From: Kondoa subrosea
Lineage: Eukaryota
Assembly: GCA_039545335.1 (NCBI GenBank)
Contig: BCIN01000005.1
Span: forward strand, 496,001-560,000
DNA length: 64,000 nt
Reading direction: 5' to 3'
Part shown: positions 1 through 13,813 of the stretch, one piece after another
Layout: each line of letters begins with the position of its first letter
Position numbering within the stretch: the first letter of the stretch is position 1
Position numbers and translations under genes: made by a program
The notes under the pieces: generated by a model
What the model saw: the letters and a program-made list of their open reading frames with translations, nothing else
Told to the model about the DNA's origin: nothing
The model's database searches: none

Positions 1-75
1 TAGTCAGAGATGAGCAGCAGCGGGAGATTGGAGCTACGAGAAGCATGTCACAGTTCTGATATTGCATTTGAATAG

Positions 76-1206
76 CTAGCTAACGACTTCTAGATGCTGA
101 GTAGCTTCACGGCTTTCGCCAGGTGCCAAAGTGAACCTGTTTGTACCAATGAGTTCTAGTCTCTCGCTCTATTCAGTGACTGCTCACCAATCCTGAGCTT
201 GACCAGGCTCGATGCATACATATTTCTTCCACCCTTCTTCCTCCATATCAGCTAAAGCATCGCTCTTCTTCTGATCAGGGTTCCAAGTAACGAAAGATGG
301 CAAGTCTTGCTTTGACACTCGCAAACCAAAGGATAAATCTACTGCATCTGGTGCGTCGAAATAGACTCTATCGACTTCGCTTGGGAAAGTGAGTGCTTCT
401 TTTGATTCATCATGTGGTCCTAATTCAGCTCCAGTTGCCTAAGGATGTACGAGTGAGTAGAGCGTCAAGCCAGCAGATGGAGGAGCTTACCTTATCAAGA
501 TACTTTAAGCCTTTCAAACCGGTAGCTTTCACTTCGCTCAACTGGGTTCCTTTGGGTAGTCGAATATACGTGTGCAGCAAGGTCTGATACTTGAGATCTT
601 GTTTCGCTTCAGAAGGATTAGTGACTCGCAATACAGTCTTGAGTGCTCCAGTCTTTGTTTCAAGAATGACAGAATAGAGAAGCTTGAATTCTGGTGCAAA
701 GAGTTCTTTGATCGTTGAATCCGGCTCAAGACCTGCACAGGTATTAGTACTTGCATAGAATCATTAAAGATTGTAACACACGGAAGTTTACGCCTGTTCC
801 GTCTGACAAGTCCTTTACTTCACCCGCATACTCCCACTTTGAGATCCGCGCAAACCCATGCTGTTTGAGCTTATCATATGGTGCTTCTTTAGGCGGAGGT
901 CCAAAGACAGGAAAGACAATTGGAACACCGCTACAATCTTCACTTGAGCATTCAACTCGTCATTTAGACTTAGCTGACTTACCCTCGAATAGCAGCAGGA
1001 CCAGTTTGCTGACTCTTACTGGATACGAAGAGTCGCTCTTCGCCAGCACAGATCCAGCTCACGACCTGTTTTACGTAGTCATTAGCTAATGTTATGCAGT
1101 TCTGATTTGAAATGGCACTCGCTGTTGCGCCGTGCAATGCGATCTTCACGCTCGCTTTCTCATTCTCGAATTCGACAAAGCCTTGAGTGAGCTTGACTTC
1201 TGGCAT
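76..1206 (-). CDS. Glucose-6-phosphate 1-epimerase (aldose 1-epimerase superfamily, YMR099C-like), multi-exon
   Basis: Spliced translation MPEVKLTQGF...LHGAT|VVSW...LFVS...AIRG|GVPIVFPVFG...QHGFAR...LLHTYIRLP...YVCIEPGQ; family motifs RGGVP, HGFAR, LHTY. Stop TAG at 76-78. Confidence 0.88.
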
Positions 1207-1534
1207 ATTTTTGGAACGTGATTGTTGGAGAGCAACAGCGTCCTTCAAATTGGCCAGATTGCTTGAATTATCACAGTCGCACTGATTGTAACTGGCTGCC
1301 CTGTACAACCTGAGCCAATTTGACAGAATTCCAGTAAGCTGGTTGGCGAGATTTAGCAAGGCAAAGTGAAGGGAAAGGCCAATTCAATTGGGAAGAGAAA
1401 AGCGCAATAAAGAGAGCAGGAAAGGGAAGAGGATCAATAGACGCAGCCTGGATACTGCAACCATCAGGACAGAGCTAAGCAGAAGGACAAGATGGCTAGT
1501 CACTTCGAGTATACCTTGAGTATATCATACGAGC

Positions 1535-2676
1535 AGTACGTTCAACGTTGCATTTCGCTCCATAATAACTTATTGTGCTCTACAGTGGACAATCTTCCAG
1601 ACGATCTTATCGTTGAGATCTTCGACTACTTCAATGCGGGAGAATTGTTCATTACTTGTCTCACTCTGTCGAAGCGCTATAGTCAGATCGTGCTCAAACA
1701 TTCGATATACCGCTCCATTCAGCCCACTTCTCTGATTCAATGCACAACTCTTCTGCATCATCTTCTTTTGAATCCTCGCGGCGCGTCCTCAGTACAAGAT
1801 ATCGATTTTGGGGAAATCGATTGGGACGACGAAGACAGCTCGACGCATCTTCTAGCACCAATGCATATACTTGCCTGTACGCGGAACCTCAAGCACTTAC
1901 AGCGCATAGGAATTCCGACAGGCTATCAAGATTTTATGCTGACTTGTATATCAAGACTGCCTTTGCGATCCCGAACTTTTCAGTATGGAAGCAATGACGA
2001 CGAGGAAGGAATCATCTTTGGAAATTTGCTGCCGTATCTAGTTGGAATGAAGAACCTGGAACACCTGGGCCTCAGAGAACAATTGGAAGATAACCCTTTT
2101 GCCAACTATATACCCAATTGCCTTCCTCCATCGCTATGCTCTTTGAGCCTTGCCCATTTGGGAATATCGTCTCAAGATCTCGCAATACTCTTCGAAAGCC
2201 TGTCTTTGCCTTTGCTGCATCTTAATATTTATCATTGCAACAATCTAACTGGAGAAGGAATCGCAGAAGCTTTGGCCGGCTTCGGGCAATCGCTGCTGGA
2301 CATCAATTCATGGTCAACTATAAATATGCCGGATGACATACTCGTACACTGTCATGCATTGGCTGCCGCTACTCTGCGGGTCAACTGGAAAGAAGATGCA
2401 AGGATTATCAAATTCTCACCTTCATCCGTCATACATCATCTCGTAGTAAAAGTTTGCACTCCATTCTTAGGTTGGATCGCAGCACCAATTGCGATCTGGC
2501 CGAAATCTCTTGCGAAGCTTGAGCTGTCGAACGGAGGAGCTAGACGGAATGCGTGGCCTATCTTAGACACTTGCGCTATACAGGTAATGTGCGCTCTGCT
2601 CATTGTATCCCGCCGTCTTAAGCTTTGATTCAAGAAAATCTGTAACATGAAGAACATCGACGTTACTTTCAAGTGA
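1535..2676 (+). CDS. F-box protein with LRR-like C-terminal region (paralogue 1)
   Basis: F-box-like DNLPDDLIVEIFDYFNAGELFITCLTLSKRYSQIV, then Leu-rich repeats. Predicted intron 1536-1585 creates the ATG (A|TG); the ATG at 1492 is in frame only if the intron is retained. Last exon KICNMKNIDVTFK*. Confidence 0.7.
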
Positions 2677-3243
2677 ATTTTGGTCACCCAAAGATCATCT
2701 GACACCCTCTCCTCTTTACGCTCTGCAGTCCCGTTTCGGCCGCTGTCCCCTCTTTGGTCTCTTTCGGTCCGAAAACAGAAAACTTCAATGCCTCGAATCT
2801 CGGATACGGCTCACAAAAGAGGTCGAGAACAGTCAAGAGGTCAAGTACCAGATCTGATCGCAAGAGGCCAGAGCAGATTTTCATCTACATGCTTATCTTA
2901 TAACCAAAACTCGTATTGCTCCTGTGAGGAAGTTTCAAAGCGGAAGAAGAGAATCAACCAAGATAATGATCATCCATTCTGGAAGCACTGTTCCTCGGCA
3001 CACAATCGCTCTCTTCTGGCTCTGTTTTTCGTGCGAGGAGTTGTTCAATGATCGAGCAAATTCTCGCTTACTGTAAGCCGTACGTCGGCAAAAGAAAATT
3101 GAGGCAGAATGCCAAAGATGATGGCGTCTATAGTGAGGAATGCTCGATCAAAGCAAAAGAGCAAGGACAGAAGATGTAATTGAGTATATCTAGCATAAAT
3201 AGAATTCTAATGTTGCTCATCAGCTACATTCGGTCAGGCGATT

Positions 3244-4467
3244 TTAGATGCTAAGGCCAGCCATAGATTCTTTTCCCTTCATGTAGGTACCGACAGTGGT
3301 AGCAAAGTGTTTGCCTTGGAATCTGTTCACTTAAGTTTAGCTTGCAAATCCGTTTTGGCAAGACTTGTCTTTGACTTGCCTGGCGACTGCCTTTTCCTTC
3401 TCTGAGACAGCTCTTGATCCATCACCACCAGCAATAGATCCAGCGCCTGAATGATAGCACCGATTAGGCGCGATTATCGTAAGAGAAGAAGACCCTTACC
3501 GTATGCACTTCCACCAACGACTTCAGACAAGTCTGAGAGCTCCTTGGCTCCGAATCCGATAGGAACGATGTTCATGCCTGATGCGCGATTTGTCAACAAG
3601 GGCATCGGAAAGCGACAGAATGATACATACCGTGGTGGACACTGTTTGCGCAAATAAGATGTTAGAAAGTGGTAAAGCAACGAGAAAGAGGGGGGATGTA
3701 CAAGAATGGATAGGTAGTAAGAGCCGTAGTTTCCTGGCCACCTGTTTGACCAGGCGTCAGCTCCGAACCATCAGGCAAATGCAGAGAACTGACCGCTTTG
3801 AGAACCAGTTCCGAAGAAAACAGAGCCGAATTTGCCAGTCAGTTCTCCTTTGGCCCAAAGACCTCCGGTAGCATCGAATAATGCCGAGACCTGAGCAGGT
3901 GTGCGACCGTATCGAGCTGCGAAGCAGGTTAAAAACGGCAAGTCTGCATACCAAGAGCAGCTCACTTGGAATACCTAAAAGGAGACTAGATGTCAGCATA
4001 AATCCGCCGAAGAAACAGGCGAAGAGACATACCGAAGATGATACCATCGTACTTGGCCAGATCAGCGGCTTCAGCTACTCTGTAATGACTCTTCTCTTTG
4101 GCATACATCTTCAAATTGAGTCAGTAAGGCAATCCCCGTAAATTGAAGTTTGTTTCACCTTCTCGAGGATTTCTTTAGGGAGGGCTGCAAGCAGAGTCAA
4201 TAAAAGATGTAAAGTAGGTAAACGTTTCAGACATACTTTCAGCGATTTGCAGAATTTCGACTTCGACATTAGAGACTCCCTTAGCGCCTTCAGCTACTTC
4301 TTCAGCCAAAGTCTGGATATGACCCCTGTGATGACAGTAGACCTTAGCATGATTAGGATCGTTTTGCTGAAAAAGACAAACCAGGTAGAGTAGAAAATGA
4401 CTGTCGATCATAATGAGTCTGGCTTCCGACCTCGCGTGTGCTACTTACCAGCGATCTTGGCAGGCAT
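3244..4467 (-). CDS. Flavodoxin-like NAD(P)H:quinone oxidoreductase (WrbA/Pst2 family)
   Basis: Spliced MPAKIAVIFYSTWGHIQTLAEEVAEG...RYGRTPAQVSALFDATGGLWAKGELTGKFGSVFFGTGSQSG...GAGSIAGGDGSR; last intron 3323-3379 is GC-AG. Confidence 0.9.
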
Positions 4468-4779
4468 ATTGAAGTATCTATAGGCCGTGCATTAGCTTTC
4501 ACCGAACAGGCGGGAAATACAAAAACTCGCGTGGATTGACTGAAGACAGTGAGAGTCAGCCTAGGCCACCAGATTTGGTTTAGTGCTCACCAAGAAGTAT
4601 GTGAATAGAGAAAAGTAGCAGCAAAGAGTGGTTGAAGCAGAATAAGATGACTAACTTGAGCCAAAGGCTGTCAGCGAGCTTCTCGCTTACTAAGCAGCTG
4701 ACACCTTAACTCCGTTGTTTCCTTTCACTTTTCTTCTCAATCCATTCGTTTTCGGCATACCCTAATATATACTTCAGAG

Positions 4780-6572
4780 ATGTCTCACACAAAGCTTGTA
4801 AGCTCCGATTTCCATTCTAACAAACTAAATTTTGAATTTCCGAATTGGATCAGGCTGTCGTGTACTATTCTACTTGCAAGTCTAACCTTAGCATGTGCCA
4901 GTACTAAGCTTACGCTCACGATCAGATGGTCATACATTGGTCAGTCCTTATATCAATTTGCAAGAATTCCAGCTCATTCAAACGAATCTTAGACGATGGC
5001 CGAAGAAATGGCTAAAGGCATGCGCACCGTTTCTGGAGTAGATGTAGACATCTTGCAGTTCCGCGAAAGTGAGTACAGTAGGTAATTCATTGCCGGTTCA
5101 CGCTGATCTCCCGCTACAGCTTTATCCGAAGATATTTTGAAAAAGGTTAGTAGACATGAATGATCCAGGATGACTTGCTAAAAAGAGCACAGATGTACGC
5201 GGCACCAAAGGCCAACTATCCTATCGTCGAATCTTCGGATTTGACCAAATACGACGGTTTCGCTTTCGGGATTCCTAGTAAGTTCATCAACTTGGTAATA
5301 CATACGTGTCTGAATTGCCGCATTCTATCAGCTCGTTATGGTAGAGCTGCAGTAGGTCACTTGCCCTGTGATTAGTGAGGTACCTAATTGTGCATTAGTC
5401 TCAAGTTGATTCGCTCTTTGATGCCACGGGCGGTCTGGTTCGTTACTTTGCTACCTGTTTATGACCATCACTTACTCCAATGTTAATAGTGGGCCTCTGG
5501 CGCTCTCGTATGTCTTCTGCAACTTCGGACTTCCCTTCACTCACTCACTTTATGGCAGACGAACAAATTCGGAACCGTTTTCTCCGGCTCTGGTTCACAG
5601 TCTGGAGGGCAAGAGACGACAGCTTTGAGTACTTACCCTTTCTTCGTTCATATGGGCATGGTTGCTGTTCCTTGTGGATTTGGTAGTCCCGAACTATCGG
5701 ATCTTGGAGAAATTGTCGGTGGAAGGTTAGCCGCTATTTCGAATTCGATTGATATGGTCTGACGAGTGATGGATAGCGCATATGGTGCTGCATCTATTTC
5801 AGGTGGAGATGGATCTAGACAAGTTTCTGAAAAGGAGAAGAAGATTGCAGTCTTCCATGGTCATCATTTCGCTACGCAAGTCGCAACCTATATGCGTGGG
5901 AAGCAAGCGTGAGTCCAAATACTCTGTAGTACCAAATATAAGTCTGATGGCAATAGAAGAACTCCTTCGACCCAGAACCTTGCTACTGTCTCCCCTGACA
6001 AGAACACATCGCAAGCCATTGAGCCGAGCTCGACCGGCCAATCAATGCCAGATGCTATTCCATATGTCGGAGCCGGTCAGTACTATTGATACTCAACCCT
6101 CAAACTTCCTGACCATTTCCTCGCAGGCCTAGCTACGGCTGGTGTTGGATCAGTTTTAGCTCGAGAGAATGCGCCATCAAGTGGAAATACCGTTCCAGCT
6201 ACTTCAACTTCAGTTCCAGGAACGCAAGCAGTACCTTCGTCAAGCCAAGCTCCTGTTGCTTCTCAATCGGTTGACACTCAGCCAGATGCGACTGCACCAA
6301 ATGTAGCATCTCAACCAGTCGCTTCTGCTCAACCAGCTGTAGCATCTCAACCAGTTGGTTCTGCTCAAATAACTCAAGCATCTCAACCAGACACAGCTCA
6401 ACCTGCAGTTGCACCGGCAGCAAGTCCCAACGGAGCCAACGGAAACAAAGTCGCTTTCGAAACCAAAGACAATGAGAAAGCAGCAACATCAGCAACAGCA
6501 CCTAAGCAAAAGAAGAAGAAGAGCAGCTTCTTCTCTTGCTGTGGTGGAAACTCGTCCAACTATGATTCGTGA
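4780..6572 (+). CDS. Flavodoxin-like quinone reductase with long low-complexity tail and basic-CC end (Ycp4-like)
   Basis: Spliced MSHTKLAVVYYSTYGHT...YDGFAFGIP...RYGR...SLFDATGGL...YGAASISGGDGSRQVS; Ala/Ser/Gln/Pro-rich tail ending KKKKSSFFSCCGGNSSNYDS*. Confidence 0.85.
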
Positions 6573-7040
6573 GCTAGTAAAGGTGGATAAAGGGGAAGAA
6601 GTGGAAGTATTTGTCGTTGTAATAGTACATCGTTTAGATTAGGTTGAGGAATTCATAGATGTGTTCATTATATCGCTCGTTAGACCTGGCAGGATTATCT
6701 CCATGAGCTGAAAATTGCTCCTTGTCTCGGTACGGTCAATACCACTGGAAGCATACTGGCGAAGTTGCTCTGGCATACTCATTCCTGGTATATCCACCAG
6801 CTGGACTGTCTTGCTTGAACTCGCAACGCATTTGTCAAGTTTGGGTTGCTGAATAGCAAGCGGAAAGGCCTGCCAAGGGCTTTTGGAGATCAGGCTGCTC
6901 AAGACGTGCAAGAACAGCAACTGTGGACTACAGGCAGCAAACGGTTGAGATAGGGCTCGTGCGGATCACAGAGACAGGGCAAGGCATTTGACACTGGGCG
7001 AAATTGTCTGAGGCTTGAAGCTTGAAGCTCCTACACAAAG

Positions 7041-8168
7041 AGTAGGTCTTATATTGTGCTGAGGTTCGAGACTCGTTTGACTTTCTCTTTCAGTGGAATC
7101 TCTCTCGAACGAGCTCTTGACTGAAATCTTTCTCAATCTGAATGCCGGCGCTCTATATCCTCTGCTCACTCTGTCAAAGCGAATGCATGAAGTCATTGTT
7201 TCCGGTCCTTTGTATCATGCTATTCGTTTCTGCGACTTGCCTGCTACCACTAAACTTCTGAAACATCTGCATATGAATCCTTCTGCGGCTCGCCATATCA
7301 AAGACTTGCATTTCGGCTTCGTCAGATATGAACAAAACGATTTCACTGGACCTCACGTTCTTTCTCCAGTCTTCCTGATCTCGTTGGCGACTCAACTTCA
7401 AGGTCTTCATGATCTATCACTCCCTCCTGACGAGGTCCAATTTGCCCTGTCAATAATCGCTAAGCTTCCATTGAAAGCTCTTTCCTTCCAGACTAGGCGC
7501 GCAAACGAGCCAGTCAATCCGTCGTATAGCAACCTACTGCTTCTCTTGAGACATCTGCGATTTTTAAGAGAATTTGGCTTCGTAGATGTAGAAGGACAGG
7601 TCCCGATCGACTGCGTGGAAAGCAGCCTTCCCTCTTCTCTGAACAGATTACGTTTGGATCGCCTGGCTATCAACGACGAAAGCCTGAAGCGATTATCTCT
7701 GGCTTTATCAGGACCTCTGGAGAGTCTGTCTATCATGCGGTGTGCAAATTTGACCAGCCATGGAATAAAGGTGGCGCTCAAACATCATGGTCCCACACTG
7801 CGCAATATCGCGATCGGTCATGCAGTGCTACCGGGGGATACGTTCGAGGACTGCCATGCCTTGAAGTATCTGTCATTGCCGGGAGGTTTTTCACAAAGCA
7901 CCCATATCATCAGCTTGTCTCCAACCATCACATCTGCCAGAATCTTCTTTAAGAATAAGGGCATCTCAGCTGGCTGGCTTGCATGCAGCATCTGCTCATG
8001 GCCTCCTCGTGCTGTCAAGGAACTATATTTGGTGGATAGTCTGGGATATTCAGTTGCTGAAGTGAATACTCTTAGAGTAGGTAGATAATCAGTGCATCCC
8101 TCACCCTCAGCTGATTGGACCCTTAGAAAGTCTGTGTGGAAAAGGTCATCAAGTTCTCCGTATATTAG
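7041..8168 (+). CDS. F-box protein with LRR-like region (paralogue 2)
   Basis: ESLSNELLTEIFLNLNAGALYPLLTLSKRMHEVIV is clearly homologous to the 1535-2676 gene, with equivalent first and last intron positions. Predicted intron 7042-7093 creates the ATG. Confidence 0.72.
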
Positions 8169-8275
8169 GCGATTGATTGAGTAACATCAATGATTTAGAA
8201 GAGCACGAAGCAAAAAGCTGCCAAGCGGAGAGGTCACAACGACCGTGATTGGCCGCAATAGTCCATGATACAGAG

Positions 8276-10818
8276 CTAATCCTCCCTCCGCCGCTTCGCA
8301 TCATCACCTCCTAAATCTTCGTCTGCAGCTCGCTTCGTGATTGGCTTGAATCCCGCTGCTTTTCTAGGCACCATCGACGCTTGAGGTACATTGAGAGTAG
8401 GTGTAAGATTGATTTCAGGTGCTGGAGTACCGCTTTCTTTCGCTTTGCCTTTACCCTTGCCTTTCCTTTTACCAGCTGGCTGTTTCGAAGGATCGACAGA
8501 GACAGATGATTGAAAGTCTTCTATTTGAGGTGCAGTCCTACATCGAACACGATCAGCTCACTTCTGCATGCAGAGTATAGAAAAGAGACGCACATTTTGT
8601 TACCAACACTCAGAAGCATAGTAGCCGAACCCAATCGCTCTTGCCGAGCTTGGAAGGCAGCGTTGGTAGACAATGGAGTATCGCCTGAAGCCATAGCAGC
8701 AGCTTTCTTCTCGTCTTCATATTTCTTGAGACGCTTGACTTGCTTGTTTGTTCCACTACCTTTGCCATGAAATTCATGCGAAAGATATCTGTGAACACAA
8801 GCCTATATCAGCGAGAAATTTTGCAATCAGCAATGTGCACTTACTTCCAAGCTTCCTTCTTTGTCATCTCCCGACCAAACTCGTCAGTGTACTTGATATC
8901 GATATTGGGTTTATAATCTTTGAAGCGATCCAAATCTCGGGCAGCTTGTTCTCTATCTCTTTGCTTGTTCTCCAATTCGCGTTGATGTTGATCTTTAGAT
9001 GAGCCAGCAGCTTTTGAAGCTTGTCGACTCGCAGCAATTCGAGCTTCATCTTCTCTTCTTGCAGCTAACCAGCGTTGTTTCTTCTTGTACTCGTCCTCCG
9101 CTGCAATCTCTTCCGGTGTCATAGGTTTGACCAAACCTTGTTGCTTGAGCAAAGCCAAAGTAGCTCCCATTCCGCGAGAATGTAAATATTCACCACCTGT
9201 CCCTCCTAAAGCTCGATCAGTCTCTTCTTCTTCTTTCTTGATTCGCTCTTCTTCTCCAGCTAACAATCTTCTTTCCTCTTCTTCCTCATCCAAATCCATA
9301 CCGTTCGTTTCGCCCGCTTCAAGTTCAGCAACAGGTTCTTCCATTTTGACTTCCCTAACAGTTTCTTGCGCAGAAGAAGTAGAAGTAGCAGGAGGAGCGG
9401 GTGATGTTCGTTCTCTTTTAGGTAAAGCAGGTTGAAGAGTGATGCCTCGAACGAATTCAGAAGTATCGTCCAAGACCAATCCTTTGTCCTCTTCTAGCGT
9501 TACATCTTCCTCATCTTCTTCTTCCTTGACTTTGTCCATATCCACTTCTTCGTTTGTCGAAGGTAAAGCACGTTCTTTGAGTTCAGTTACAGCTTTCCTG
9601 TTCTTCGCTCGCCGTTGTCGCGCAAGAGAAGATTGCAGCTCTTCGTCATCCAGTAATGCTTGAGCATCAAGTTCTGCTTGAGATGTTCGATTTATAGTAG
9701 GTGCTGGAGAAGCTTCATCTGGTTTTCTTGTGGAAGTAGGTTTAGATTTCTTCTTCTTCTGCAATGGTATCACATGGTCAGTATACAGAGGGTATAGGAG
9801 AGATGAGGAGGGACGTACTTTGAGCTTCTTGAAGCCTGCATCACCTTCTTTCAGGTAATCACCTGAATCGAGATTCTTCTCGTAGTTCAAGTTCATGAGC
9901 GTCTTTTGCAGTTCTTTAGCTACTTCTTGTTTAGATTCAGAGGTCTTGATGACTGGTTTGGCAACGGCTTCAAAAGTATTTGCATCATCGAATTCAGTTT
10001 GATGAGAAGAAGACGCCGCGCCTAATCTGAATCCGGAAGAAGTCTGTTGAATAGAAGGATCATCTTTGATATCCACATCGTATTTCGATAAGATCCCAGC
10101 TTTCTTTCCGGTTGAGAATTCCTGATCATCCAAACCAGTATATTGATGAGCGTTTTTGCCTTTAGATTTGAGATCCAACCGTTCTTCCGTTCGCTTGTAA
10201 TCTGCCATATTGACGTTCTCCAATTCATCATCATCGTCATCCACACCCATTAACCTTGAATCCCTCAAAGTCAAGATACTGTCTTGACCTTCTTTGAAGT
10301 CATCTAGATCATGACCGACTTTGATTCCGCGTAGATCAGATTCATCATAACGAGCAGCTAATTCCGCATCCAAAGCTTCTTGTTCTTCTTGACGTTTCCT
10401 AGCCAATTCAGCAGCAACTTCTTTTGCTCTCTTTTTAGATTTCTTAACCCAAGCTTTAGCTGCATCTTCTTCCGTATTACCACTACCTTCACCTAAACTT
10501 TTGCCAGTCAATTTATTCTTGAGATCTCTTTTGGTTTTGGCTTTCTCCAATCGTTCATTCAAAGCGGTTGAAGTGCGTAAGGATTCCTCTGCATCCCTAA
10601 CAGCTCTAAAGTTCTCAACAGCGATCTCATCTTCTGTTTTGACTGGTTCTTGACCTGCTTGGGTTGGTGCAGAAGGATCGCCTAGAGGTTTCAATCCAAG
10701 CGAGAGTCGAACTTTACTATTTAAGGAGAACGCGAAGGGAATAAGCTGGGTCATAACAGTAAAATGGAGGTAGAGGGACTTACTTGGTCTCCTCCAGCGA
10801 GAGGGATTCGGCAGACAT
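8276..10818 (-). CDS. SNU66: U4/U6.U5 tri-snRNP protein Snu66/SART-1
   Basis: HIND-like motif SLSLEETN|KVRLSLGLKPL; IKVGHDLDDF, LTLRDS, YKPNIDIKYTDEFGREMTKKEAWK typical of SART-1. Confidence 0.92.
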
Positions 10819-11044
10819 GATTGTTGACGAACGAGGAATTATAAGGGTCGAAATGTAACAAGGGGGTTTAAGTTTCTCGCCACCCTTATTTTCGGTTGAG
10901 AAACGAGTTTCAAGGGTTACCCTTTCTCCATATTTTCATACTTCAAGCTTGGGACCTTCTCGTACTAGCTCTACAGCATTCACAGTACTCTACAGTCCAC
11001 CTGAAGCCGTGCTCTGGCCTTGATCTGATCTGATTGCACCTGGA

Positions 11045-12292
11045 ATGTCAAGTCCTCGAATAACTGGTTCGGCCTCTTCTTCAACCCCTTGCACATTCCC
11101 TCAGGTCTAACGCGTTCGTTATAGTCTGTGTAGTAGGCGAAGGAGGTGTTGGGTTAGTCACTTACTACAGCTCTGAAGAATGAGCTGAAGAACAATGGTT
11201 TAGCAAGTCGTGCTTGACCTTAGCTTTCCTCAAGAGAGATTTCTCAGAGGAATATGATCCTACGTACGTACCATCTCTATCCAAATGAGTTTAGTTTCTC
11301 ATCGTGGAAGAGTCGTTGTACAGTGTGGAAGATAGTTATACGTGCGCTGCAGATTGGCCTCCCTGAGTATCAAGCTCATTTGGCAACTTCATGCGTGTAC
11401 AGTGTCGAGATGAATGTTGATGGTCAGCCTGTCACAGTAGACGTGAGTATTTCTGCCTCTTTACCAATCCGTTACAGCTAATGATTTGTATAGATAGTAG
11501 ATACAGCAGGTCAAGGTTTGCGCTACTTCCTTTCAATTCCGGAGATTCTCCTTCTCAAAGTAATCTATAGAGGAATACCGCAATCTTTGGCAAGCAACAG
11601 CTCGAACAGCAGATGGCTTCATCTTTGTCTATGCTATAGATTCCCTAGAATCCTTTGCCGCTTTACCTGGATTTTTGAACATCGTTCGAGAAACAAAAGC
11701 TTCACACGACGAGGATCGACCTACTTCCCTTAATTCACCTGAAAATAATCCTTTTGTATTTGCTGTTCTGGGTAACAAGACTGATTTACCTCAAGAGAGA
11801 AGACAAGTACCGGCTCAGGATGGTCAACAGTATACGAAATCAGGTGGAGGTTTATTCTTGTTCGTCATCTTTCAACCCTGAAATATCTTACTGATTCAAT
11901 GGGATTTTAGCGAAACTTCTGCTAAAATGTCTTTAAACGTCGAAAGTTCTTTCACTTCTTTAATCCGTCATATCCTTCGTGCTCGAGCATTAGATAGCGC
12001 AGCAAGAAAACCAGGTCAATATCAAAGAACTTCTTTCAATAACCCAAACGTTGGGTATTTGGAAATGATGCAAGAAGCGAAAAGTAGGCAAAGCGTTACT
12101 TTGGATGAGAAAGCTCGAGTGAAAAGACCAAAGAATCGTACGTTCTTTCCTCTCTGGAGCAACTTTTTACTATTCGCTCATGCTTGTTTTTGTTGGTCAC
12201 TAGCGAACCTGAGCATGGACAGGAACAACACTAAGAGTTTTGGTGGATTGGCTGATGAGAAGAAGAGCGGAGGTTGTTGCGTCGTTTCTTAA
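11045..12292 (+). CDS. Ras-family small GTPase
   Basis: Spliced VVGEGGVG|KS, EEYDPT|VEDSY, DTAGQ|EEY, GNKTD, ETSAK; C-terminal GGCCVVS* (CaaX plus a palmitoylatable Cys). Confidence 0.88.
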
Positions 12293-12432
12293 CGAATTCA
12301 GAAGATTGGGGTTTTATTGAGTGGGTTTGTAATTGTACTGATTAGTCGTTTGTGTGTCACGCAGTAACTTAATGAAAGACTTCTACAAATGCATTGTGGG
12401 ACTACTTGTATATTGACAATATTGACAATGTC

Positions 12433-13637
<1,205 letters not shown>

Positions 13638-13708
13638 TGATTGGCTCGGGACAAGATGCTAAGTCGGCTTCCAGGTTTCCCCGAGACACAGATCAGGGCG
13701 CTCGAAAG

Positions 13709-13717
13709 TTATCTGAT
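13709..13717 (-). promoter_or_regulatory. Putative iron-responsive GATA-factor site ATCAGATAA
   Basis: Exact match to ATCWGATAA (SreA-type consensus) ~100 nt upstream of the siderophore transporter ATG, in the short divergent BNA6/SIT intergenic region. Confidence 0.45.
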
Positions 13718-13813
13718 TCGCTGTTAAACTTCCAATCGCTTAAAGTGCTCCAAGTTTTTTCTCGTTCTGCCACTGGTCTTCGTCTCTGTATCTCGCTCAA
13801 ACGGTTGAACGAA

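Noticed and set aside
2680..3230. ORF 2680-3051 as a small gene
   Set aside because: No recognisable homology and no convincing splice model.
7060..7075. B-box-like GGTTCGAGAC as another hidden tRNA
   Set aside because: It lies inside a predicted F-box intron, and no cloverleaf arms could be assembled around it.
1535..8168. F-box / flavodoxin / flavodoxin / F-box as an inverted duplication
   Set aside because: Both F-box genes are on the plus strand, so the layout is not mirror-symmetric, and I see no nucleotide-level repeat.
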